From positions 964,719-1,028,718 of the forward strand of contig JAAOMT010000512.1 in the NCBI GenBank assembly GCA_016748015.1: 64,000 bases of DNA. The letters are read 5' to 3'. Within the stretch, counting starts at the first letter, position 1. Each line of letters starts with the position of its first letter. The position numbers and the translations under genes were made by a program. This document shows, in pieces, positions 13,126-24,537 of this stretch. This DNA is from Geosiphon pyriformis uo1 (Eukaryota > Fungi > Glomeromycota). The notes beneath the pieces are model-generated. The model was not told the origin of the DNA and ran no database searches. It worked only from the letters and a program-made list of their open reading frames with translations.

Positions 13126-16100
13126 TAACTTTATCTGTCTAAAATGCCTTGATATTTTTAGAAAGGGTCTAACTTCATTTTTCCTGAACTCTATAAATTA
13201 GCAGCTAGAGCATATTTTTTTAAGCAAAATTAACTGAATTTTGACGAATATTTCTTAGAGTGAATGTGAAGTTAAAGTTAATGATGAAAACAACCTGGCA
13301 AGTTACCGCTAAATGCAAACTTGGGCAAAGTTCAGTGTAATGCTCTTATAAATTGAATGATGAAGCGGAAAAAAAAATGGCAAGAAATTGTTAATAGAAC
13401 TTTCAAAATTATTGACCCGAGACCAACAGACTGTAATTATGTAAACTCTAGTGAAAATAGAATTTAAGGAACTTTGAAGATCTTTATAGGTACAGCTTGA
13501 GTTTTAAAATTTGATCGTTCTTTTTAAGGTTTCCTATATCAATAGGCTTAGGAGGTTAAATTGATTTTTCAGGATTAAGTGCGCCAAACTGCTACGAGAC
13601 CAAACACATTTAACGTCTTAGAGTTCACTCACATATTGACATGTCTGAAGATGAGGTCGAACCGACTGCTGAATTTTTATCAAGTGAGAAAACTATTTTT
13701 AAATTTAGAGAACCTAAAGAATAACCTTTTGGTACATATTAGTGTAAAAAGATTTTCATTGGCGGCAAATTAATCCAAGAAAAAAAAAAGTTAAAAGAAA
13801 AAAAGAAATATAGAGAAATCTTTGATCAGGGAATATGAATGTGAATAGGATAAGATATTTCCAAAAACTTGTATTTTAAGTTTTGTTGAGAAGTATCTTT
13901 ACTAATGACAAATAAATTGAAGCACTTTAATGAGCAGCATGATAGAAGGTAATTAAATCGGAGACTTTAACCTTGGATATAACTTATCTTTAACTGAATA
14001 TGAATACTCCTTCCGCTAATAATATACCTACACCAGTCACCATTGATCATTAGAGTTTTGTAATTGAGTTAGTTTATTTCTTTCTGTAACTCTCTCTCTT
14101 TAATAGTGAATAGACAGGTTTATTAGCTACTCGGTGTTTTAGTTAATTGAATTTCTTATTTTATTCCAGGTTTTTTTTCGTGAAGACAGTAATAAAATTA
14201 GTTATAAAATGCTGATAATCAAAAATACAGGTGAACACAAAATAAAATAATAATAATAAGCTCCCACTAACAAAATTAGGATAAACAAAAAATATAAATT
14301 AGGGAGGGAAGACGAAAAAGTGATACCATTTCCTTATGGAAAGAAAATTAAGGAGGTTTTTTTTTTGTTAATATAAATATTAAATTATTTCTTCAAAAAG
14401 TTAGAACTGGCTCCCGTAAGAATGATAACGTATACATAATTTATTTATTGTAGATATTTTTTAAAGATTATGAATGAACTTAATTTTCTTATTAATTGTC
14501 TTTTATTAATTATAATTTGATTGGTTACTACTACGTGAGTTAATTCAATAATCATCTGATTAATGGCGAGTTTGTAAAATGATAAGAATTAAAAGATTTA
14601 TCCAGCAAGAGCAACAGCTAGCCCTTAATTTTTAATGTGCCATACAACTTTTAGAACACTTATTACACAATTTCTTCATACCACGCTAAGAATTTTTTAT
14701 AAGAAATTCAAAATTTAATTTTGAAAGCTATTTTTAATGTGTCAAAAATAGTCTCTTTCCTTGATAGAGAATGATTAAAAAAGTTCACAATTTGATTCTT
14801 ATTTTTTGATCTTGTCCCAATTCCAAAAAAAGCATTTCAACTTTTTATCAACTTAAATCATTTACGTTTAAACGTTTCTCATTTAGTAGTATGAATTATC
14901 TTTATTTTTTACAAAAAATTCCAATTTTTTTAAATTATTCAAAATTTAGCATCAAATTAATTAATTAACTAATTTTCAATTCGTTTTCATCTTCGTAATT
15001 AAGGATTTTTCATGTACAACACTTTTAGCTGAAAATGTAAAATTTTAGGATAATTGCCAAATTTTTATATATTTAAAAATCAAATTCTAATTCAGTCTAT
15101 TCAAAATTTATTAAAAAATGATATTAGTGAATAGGCTCATATTTAAAAGTGTCATTTTAACTCTCAAATTCATCAAACGCTAAAATATTTGTTTATTCTC
15201 ATTTTCATTGCTACTTTTTTACTATTGTAAAATTAATACTGACGCTTATATTTGTCCATTAAAAAGTTGTCAAAAATAAATAAAGAACTTGATCAGTCGG
15301 TCAGTTTTAATAAAAATTTTAAAAATTCCCAACACTTGAAGTATTCAAATATATGCCTTTAACTGTGCTCCAAGCCAGTAAAGCCCCAAAAAAATTTCAT
15401 ATTTATTAATATGAAATCATTATTAAAAGTGTTTTCGATTTCTCAAATAAACGAAAATTTCGTTAAAATACAATAGGTTTTGCAATGAGAGTAATAAAAG
15501 TGTTTCAGTGCCAAAGCTCTCTGGGATTTTAAGATGTCTGATACTAAAAATTAGTTTGTTTATTTTAAAAAAAAAAATTGATTTGCAAAAATTCTTTCCC
15601 TCCTTTTAAGAAACGTTTATTTTTTAAAAAACAGTCTATTTTATGAATTGCTTTTTTTTTCATTTCTCGAATTTTTGCTAATGCTTCTAGCATGAAGGGA
15701 GTATTTGAATGTTCTGAAACCTTTGTTGAATTTAACATGCAACGAGTTATTGTTTCAGGAGCATTTTTCTCTACTCATCGTCTCAATAAAGTGATATTTA
15801 TGCCATAAAACTATCTTTCTGATACGAACATAAAGATTTCTGGATCCTGAATCAAATATTTCTTTTCGTAATTAATGTACCAATTTGTTTCCTCCTTGGA
15901 TATCTTCTTGTCATTCTTGACTATTGTCGAGAAATGAAGAATTTAAAGTTTAATAGGTGAATTTCAATGTGTGAGGCTTAAAATTGATTTCGTTCAGAGT
16001 TTCCAAGAAAAAGTAGTAAATAATGAAACGAAAAAATATAGATAGATTCCGAAATACCAATATGGTGTGATTGGATAAAATTCATGAATAACAACAATAG

Positions 16101-16785
16101 TACAAATCTTCACACAGGCAATTGTATGGCTGATATTCAAAGGCTCGATTAGATATTAAATGCGTTTTGAAAATTGAAAATTTGTCCAATGTTTCCTTTC
16201 TCCATAGCATACTTAGTACTGAATAGGCAATCTATGTTGAGCTGTGTCTAAGTTTGGTATTAAAGTTTATCTAACTCATTATGGCTAGTCTAGTTAAGTT
16301 GGAATTAATTAGTCTAATGGGTGGTTTGGAATAAGCTGTTATTGGAAGGTTATTTGAAAATGTGATTATCGCAGTTTTGGAATTAATGAGTGTTAGATTG
16401 GTATAGTCTTGCAACAATTAAAGATCCACGGCACATAGTTTCTTATTTCGAAATGATAGTGGTGGGAAGCGGGTCTAAATTTTTCTTTGATATGGGCCCG
16501 TATATTTTTTCCATTAAAAAGGATGCTGGAATTTTCGATTCAAATTTTCCTAAAGTGAAAAAGGAAACCTTTATCATTAACTTCTTGGACTCGGCGCTTT
16601 AAGTGGATCAAGGAAAATAAAAGCTGTCTTTCAAAAATTTTTAACTTTCAGGACCATATTTCAGTTAATAAAGAATGAAGCAGTAATGTACCAAGGCTCT
16701 TAAAAATATATTCGTTCGTTCTTGAAAATTAAAATAATCATGAATATGCTTCTGAGATCTGATTTTAGAATTCTGAGGATTTACC

Positions 16786-16816
<31 letters not shown>

Positions 16817-18408
16817 TAATACTCACATCTAATGAATGGCTTATTATCCTAAAACATGCTATAGAAGAATTCGCATATAATCTAATGACTTTTCGGTTAT
16901 GTCAATGAGTTCAGATATTAAAAGAAAAATATTTATTTAGTGGTAAATTCTTATTGACCAGACAAAAAGACTTTAGGTGTGAAGGATATTAATTGGCCTC
17001 TCAAACCCATATTTGAAAACCTTGTTATTGAATATCGTTACCTCAAATCGTTTAGTTTGAAACAATCTTTCCAGGTAAATCTTCAATGATTTACTTAAAA
17101 ATAATATTGATTATTGAATTTATTTCCTTAATAAATATTAACCATAATATTGAACTTTTTTGGTAACTTGAACATGATTATATCAATATTTGCCAAGAAA
17201 AAAGATCAACATTCTTTAGCCAGCTTTGGCAAATGAAACACAAAAAAACTTAAAATCTTTGAGAAAGGAAATGCCAGTTTCAGATTGGGATTTGTAGGAA
17301 TAGTTCTTTATTATCAGCCACTAAATTTAAAAAAAAGAAATTAGGAACACAATCATTTTTGGTCATTTGATAAGATTTTTCAGATCCGGTTTTTTTATGG
17401 AATGAATAAAATTATATTTCTGATTGTCCTGGGGAAAATTATGCGATTCGAACAAAAATAAAATCGAAAAACCTGAAATTTCGAGTCTCTTGTGAGTCGC
17501 GACTTGGTATTTACAACGTGTATGAGTGATCCTTTCAAAACCAAAAGATCTTTAACTCCGATATCCTAACACAGATAGCTTATCTATTTATGATAAACTA
17601 GACTCGACGATTATTGATCAGCCTCATGATAACTGTTAAACTATAAAGGTTGGGAAGCTCAAAATATTGACGAGATAGATGAAACTATATAATCTAAATA
17701 TAGATTATGAAACTACATACGCCATGATCGTGTTATTTGGATGAGCCAATTGTTTTCTAGCGTGTAGAGTTTTTCATAACATTTGGATAGGGAGAATCTT
17801 TGAAACCGGAAGCAGGGAAAATCTCAAATTTAAATATTTGGTGAAAATTCATCAAATTTCCTCTTATATATTTGAATTTTTGATTTCTTAATGACCATCT
17901 ATAGAAGACCATATGAGCCTTTTTCTTAATCGGTTTCCGAGAAACCCCAGCCATATTCCCAGTACAATGAATTAATTTATTTATCAATTTCACCTACCAG
18001 CCATTATCAGGAATGAATCATTTGTTTTCTTTCCAAAGAATTATCTTGTGTCCTGTTATGAATTTGTGTTGTAACAATATTTGTCTATACGGGAAATATT
18101 TACATAACCTCATCGAAGCCAAAAAGGTGACGCTAGGAAAAACATTTGTTATAAAAGCATAGGACATTGCCCAGATGTAATCTTCTGTAGTTCAGGTAAC
18201 CTCCCCCAATTGAAAGACTCGTGCTCTTCGTTATATTACTACTCTTTGTGCCCTTTTTCCAAGTTCTTTTTATTCTTTTCTTTTCTTTTCTTTTGGATTG
18301 CAATTACACCCCTGGTTGGGCGTTTTCTGCATTCATACAATTATCGAGAAAACATACTTGAAATATAATTTCTCTTGATATCTCTTTTTGCATTAATATT
18401 CATTAAAA

Positions 18409-19643
18409 ATGAAATTCTTACTTTGCATTAGCTTGTTGTTCGCTATTGTAACATTTGTATCTGCACATTCGTCCATGAAATTTCCTCTTCCAAGGTTAGC
18501 GTTCTCAAAATTTAAAGATTTTATTCTAATTATTTTGAAACATCAACCATCTAAAAATCTTTCTAAAACTTTGATCTATCTAGGGGTTCTCCATTAAATC
18601 CAAACGCCTCAGTAAAAGATTTTGCTTGTATAACGTCACCCTTGAATGGTGGCCCGGGTTGTGCTCCAAAGAAATTCCCATGTGGTGGTTACAAACCAGA
18701 CAGAAAAATCACTCAAGTTTTTAAGGCTGGTCAAGTGATCGATGTCAGTTTTTACAACCCTAATTTTCCAAAGGGTCCCAAGTCAGGTGATGAAAGAAAG
18801 GATCAAGCTAGGCACAATGGTGGTCTCTGTGAATTCGCTCTGAGTTATGATGGGGGTATCACTTATACGGTAATCGCCACTTATCACGAAACTTGTCCTG
18901 ATATTTTCTTCAACAATTGGAAAGTGAAAATTCCCAAAGAGGCACCATCATGTGATAATCCGGGTAAATGTATTTTCTCTTGGTCATGGATAAATGCCGA
19001 GGGGAATCCGGAATTTTACCAGAATTGTGCAGATGTTAAAATCGTTGGTACATCTAAAAAGCCACTCCCGATCATCGATATTACTCGTGGCAATTTACCC
19101 CCGAAATTTCCAAAAAAGCTGACACCAAACGGTGATCCAAGCGATAATGGTAATGGAAAAGGATCAGGTCCGCGTAAAGTTGATGTTAAGGCGAATTTGC
19201 GATTACACTTGGTTGGTAGAAAAAGTAGACTTTCCAATTCGTCTTCAAATACCGACAGTTCAAATGGCCAGGAAATCACATTAGCTGAAGATAAAGTAAA
19301 CAATGCTATTCCAATTCAAGAACCAATTGAGGAACCACCTAAAGATAAAGCAGCTAAGAATGGCCAATCTAAAAACGAACCAGCCAAACACAAGAAACCG
19401 AAAAAATGCCGTAAAAATTCCAAGTCCAAAAAGCGAAAGCATAAGGAAGTCAAATTGGTATCAGTAAAATCAAGTGCCAATAATAAGGCTGCTTGTGACT
19501 TGGAAGGACGATATACATGTGTTGACCCAGATTCGAGTAGTGCCTTCACAATATGCAATAATGGTAAATTGGTTGAGCAAGATTGCCCTGCCACATCGGT
19601 TTGTTCTCCCTTAAATGAAAGCATCGTATGCAAATTTCCGTAA
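18409..19643 (+). CDS. Secreted AA11-like lytic polysaccharide monooxygenase with C-terminal CBM19-like chitin-binding module, about 381 aa
   Basis: Exons 18409-18494 and 18584-19643. The signal peptide ends VSA|H, giving an N-terminal His (HSSMKFPLPR). The second His lies in ARHNGGLCEFALSYDGG, followed by FSWSWIN..GNPEFYQNCADV. A Ser/Lys-rich linker leads to a Cys-rich tail C...GRYTC...FTICNNGKLVEQDCPATSVC. Confidence 0.85.
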
Positions 19644-21023
19644 AGCGATCAATATTTTACAGGAAAAAGTTGATCACTTGAAAAGATGTCTTCATTAGGT
19701 TACCTTCCGTTATTTGAAATAACTTTTTGGAAGATCTTAGTTTCATATTTATAACTTAATCATCTATTCTATTCCTTGGTCCTTTGTTAATTTTGTTCAT
19801 AGAGCATTAATTATGTATATTTTAGAATAATTTGGAATTTAGAGAAATAGAGCACCTTGTTAATTCTAGTAGTAGTGGTATTTAGCGGATGTTAATGTGA
19901 GTATTTTGGTATTATATTCGCATTATATCAAAATATAATACTTAAAATAAAAGTCTTTCCTTTAAAAAAATATCCCCAAAGATTTAAATTGTTTTATATT
20001 GAGAATTTAGCAAACCAGACGACTTCGCCTGTTTTTTAATTACCGTTATTTTGAAGAATGCAAACAGGCTTTCAAATAAATCATTCGCCAATTCGCATTT
20101 AAGTGTTAACAAGGGATAGGGTGCTTTTCTCTTTAGACTGTTATCAGCAGCTAAGCAGAAAACGATAAATTCCTCCAATAAGTATTTGATTTCCCTTTTT
20201 AAGAAAGGGTTAAATTATCAAAAAAAATTTCAATAGTGATTGATTCTCTTGGGAAAATTTTACACATGAGGCAGTTATTAAATCATATTGGGTGTTCAAT
20301 ATGAATTTTTAAAGACATTAAATTCTTTAAAAATGTTTACTTCAAAGTGCCTAAACCTTTTTCTATTTGACCCTGGGTGAAACTAGAAATTCAAATTGAG
20401 TATTTTTCAAAATTCAAACGTGAAAATTATCTCTGACAGAGCTTAAAGAAATCGATAAACTCAATAAACGAATGTTAACAATAAATTTCAAATTACATGT
20501 ATATGCATTTTTGATTATGAAAGAATCGCAGAAATCCCACCATACGTCATATTTCAGTTTAATGCTCCCTTAACCACTTGATTAGGCAACTCAACCGCCT
20601 GATTCTTTGATGACAATCAATTATTGAATCACAATGATTCCCCCTGCATACGGATATGCTTTTAATGTTTATACGGATACTGTTTCTACTCCCCAGACTC
20701 AATATATCTTTGGTTCCTCTACTATCCCCCTCAGATATAATCCACATACGACCGTAATTACGAACCTACCTCGAGTGACCTACAGGTATTCCTATAACCC
20801 AAAAAAAGCCTTTGAAATTATTTGGAAAATCCTTTTTTCTAGATTTTGCAAGATTTCATAAAGGATAGTCATCGTTTTTCAGGACAAAACTGGAAAGTAG
20901 TTGAATTAGATACAGTGCCGCGGCGAAAAATTTAGCAATGTCAGATATCCCAGTCGTCCTTGATACCGGCAAATTTTCCTATCCTTTTAATTATCCACAA
21001 TTACTTCAATTATAGGAAAAAAC

Positions 21024-22623
21024 ATGAATCAAACTCAACCAAAAACAATCGAAGGAAAACTCTCGAACTCACGAGGTTAGTGAAATGGAATCAAGAGAAT
21101 TGAATTGGTTCTTTGAATTTCTCACAAGAGCGATCATATAATTTTTCTGAAGTGAGTTTAGTTAATAATTGATTGAGTGATAACCCCTCAAATTGCGTTA
21201 CAAATTCAGAATATATTCAAGACGAGGCAACTAACATTGCAGAAATTCGTCAAACGATATCATCGTCTTCATTGAATGAGGTGACAGCGAGTACCATTAA
21301 ATGAAATCCTATGAAATTTTAGCTTTTGTCTAATTATTGAATCAATCTCGATTACAGTTTTCTCAATTGGATTCACAAAATACGGGACGAGTCTCGATTA
21401 AAAAATATGATGACCTGCAGTATTGGAATTTGTATATTCAAATGTTTTGGGCTGACCCGGAAAATCAGAGAAGTAAATTACTTTTAAAGTTGAATCTATT
21501 TGAAATCCCTTCAATAAACTGTCCAGCTCTCCTAATAACTGCCTTTTTCTGAAGAATATATCCAACCTCCGAGATGGGTTGGTGACGAATCAACGAGAAC
21601 TAACGAGGGAATGAAAGAATGCATACGTCAATGGGCCACTTTGTCTGCGGAGCAAAAGGCTCTTTTCAATACCACCTTAGATTCTAAAAATCAGAAACGT
21701 CCTGATTCAGCTACCTTCATCGAAAATCCATATGCTCGACAGCAATATGTCATCAAGAGTATAGCACACATTCGAGAGCAATTTGAAACTTTAAGGAAGC
21801 GCGCTGGATACGAATCTGTGAGCATTATAGTGCCGAATCGAAGTAGCATCGGAGGAACAAACCAAACTTTTGGTACTTCTTCTGGTGAACATTTTTACCG
21901 AAGATCTCTAGTTCTTCAGTCATTGCCTGATGATTTTCATGTGTTTGCACAAAACGAATATTTAGGTAAGTTCTTTGGTATCAACTTCTCAAACCAAGTC
22001 ACCTTAATCGAAAAGAGTTTTCCTTATTAAAAAAAGAGTCGATTGGACGATTGATTCCCGGGAATCCTATTGCAACTATACCAGAGGCAGGACGAGTTGC
22101 TCCTACGTTTACAAATAACAAAACTTCATCGTCGGACCTCTCATTTGCATCCTTCTCGTCTTCACCTACTTCTCCAAGGTCGACTCGTTTTGGAAACTTT
22201 CATTTCTCACCAATTATGGAGAATTTTTCTTCCAATGAAGCCAAGAAAATTATGAGGGAAGCTCTACGCAATAAACTGCGTAAGTTGAAATTTCTGTTTG
22301 AAATATTTTCACTTGCTAAGATAGAAATTTATTTCATTGCTGGCTCTAATTTTAACGTAGACGCACTACTTGGAACTACCAATCGTACATTTGATGCAGC
22401 AGCTTTAGCCAAACATAAGGTGGAAGTTGTTGGATGGCCAAAAGATATTCCCTTTACTACTGATATCGGAAAGCTTTCAGCGGTCCACAAGAAAAGAGTT
22501 TGGGAATGTATGGATGAAATTGAATTTTGTCGAAGCACTAAAATTCCAAAGCTTGATCCACCTGCCACAGTTTTGGCTGTAGAAGAATCAGATGAAATAA
22601 AAGATGTTGACCGCCAATCTTAA
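21024..22623 (+). CDS. Uncharacterised multi-exon protein with a divergent HMG-box-like segment and a C-terminal GWP-x-D-I-P-F domain, about 384 aa (5' end uncertain)
   Basis: Phase-consistent exons 21024-21075, 21210-21280, 21358-21472, 21555-21965, 22037-22279, 22361-22623. A further upstream exon from ATG 20938 with a GC donor is possible. YWNLYIQMFW...MKECIRQWATLSAEQKALF fits HMG helix spacing. Confidence 0.65.
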
Positions 22624-23112
22624 AATTCTCACGCATTTATGAAATTTAGAAAGTCATTCACAAAAGGGTTGTATTATTATTTGATCCCCAAGCACAAAGC
22701 AAATAATTTAATAAAGGGAAAAATAAAATTCCTGGGAAAGATACAATCCCGATTTAGTTGAAGTAAGGCAGTGTTTTTCTTAACTAAAATTGGGTATTTG
22801 CTCAATGTTTTAGAGTACCATGCATTTTAGAAAAAAGGGTTAGACCCAAAAAACTAGTTGATCGATCAAAGGCCCTGCTTTGTACTGGGAAGTAAATATT
22901 ATGACAGATGGATTTATAAATTCAAATATTGTATATTTAAAGGATCAAAGAATGAATTTTTTCAATATTAAAATGTGTTAAATTTTTAACTAAAATTGCA
23001 TTAATTTTTTTATACGAGGAAACTCTAATTTGATGGAAAAAATCACAACCTCAATCTAAGGACCAGATCAATAATTATAAAAAATTTTGCTTACTTTTTA
23101 GGGTTAAAGAAA

Positions 23113-24537
23113 ATGCAGTGGTATCATTTTCAAGCCTTTAAACAGCTAAGAAAATTATCTCTCACTTTATTGATTTTTGGGTCGATATTTGTTTTTTTGG
23201 AGCTTTCCGAAAATTTTGGAAAAAAACTCGGTCAAAAATTTCGCAAAACAGTCACAGGCTTCAGCAGTCAGCAAAGAATAAATTTAAATTTCAACGAAAG
23301 AGAGAAAATCTCACTTTTAGCAAAAAAAAATTCATTAAAACGGCGCGATTATCTTTTACAAGACCAAAATTTTGAAAAAGGAAAATCTTTGTTAAATAGT
23401 GTTGTTACAAAAAATTCTAAATTTGAATTGATTGCTGAAGGTTTGAAACCGTTTAAGCAATTTAAACCTAAAGCTATACAAGATCTTCGAGTTGCGGCTA
23501 ATTTTAGAAGATTCGCCTGGTATACCAATCAAGCGTACTGTTCATCGCAAAGTGAATTAGTTCACTTCTCAGATTCAATTCAAGGTGATTGAGGATATCA
23601 AAGACATCATTAGTTTCACTTCTAATTAGGCACAATTCTTGAAAATAAAATTAGGAAAAATGGAAGTTACAATCAATGGAAGAGTCATGTATTTCCGAGC
23701 ACCAGAAATTTACCAAAATCGGGACCTATTCAGCTATAGCCGAGTTAATCGGTTAGAAATTTATCCAGGAATAACCGGGCCTCTAAAGGGAAAAGTAAAA
23801 GTTGATGCATCCTTCTTCGAAATATATAAAGAAGCCGAAGATGCCATTATTAAACATTCCAGTAATGATAAGCAAGCTAACTTATATAATCATCAAATAG
23901 TGAACTTTACCGGGCATCGATTAGCTGGAGGTTAGTAATTAGAATTCGATTGTATTTTTAAATGGTGTACAAAACAAAATTTCTTTGACCTCAAATCGCA
24001 TTCGAAATTCTTTCAACAGTCATAGCCCTATTCTCTGCACTTAAATTTAAAAGGCTTAATCCAAAAACAAACGTCAACGTGTTTACATGGGGTTCACCAC
24101 GTATGGGAAACCGTAGTTTTGCTCAATATATGGATACGATAGATAGACTCACGATATTTCGATTTACTTTGTATGACGATATGATCCCAAGACATCCACC
24201 AAGGAAAGAAAATTATATGCATTCTGAGACCGAATATTGGATCGGGCGTCTTGATTGTGATTGTGATGAAAAAACTCAAACATATATGTGTAAAGGAATT
24301 GTGAATGAATTCGGAGTATTGATGGAGGAAAATAAAGTAAGTTGATTTATAAAAGATTTTTATTTTGAAAGATTCGTCAGCTTCTTTCCTGCTTTTAATT
24401 TTATTGAATTTTACCGGTACCAGCTATGCTTAAATGATCAAAATCCGCGTTATAAACACGATTACACGCATGATGGTACGTATTTTGGAATCATCTTTAA
24501 GGATTGCCCCAAATTGGAACCAAACAAGTATCAATGA
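23113..24537 (+). CDS. Class-3 lipase-fold protein 5, Ser replaced by Arg (pseudo-lipase), about 392 aa
   Basis: Exons 23113-23584, 23655-23930, 24020-24336, 24424-24537 (1179 nt). Signal anchor, LKRR, FAWYTNQAYC, FTGHRLAGVIA, FTWGSPRMGN, RFTLYDDMIPRHP, YMHSETEYWI, CDC, HDGTYFG, C-terminal Cys. Confidence 0.88.

Noticed and set aside
15650-17993. Short protein-like frames on both strands, including MGPYIF and GNMAG resembling lipase motifs
   Set aside because: Surrounding motifs, order and splice sites do not match. They may be decayed genes but cannot be supported.
19016-19633. Antisense ORFs over the LPMO gene (and similar ones over the lipase, HMG and WD40 genes)
   Set aside because: Shadow frames of real coding sequence.
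20634-20861. ORF as the first exon of the 21024-22623 gene
   Set aside because: Splicing from the donor at 20786 to nearby acceptors hits stop codons in the frames tested, so it is left uncalled.
2388-23920. RNA editing restoring the lipase serine
   Set aside because: GGA, GAT and CGA cannot become Ser codons by A-to-I or C-to-U editing.
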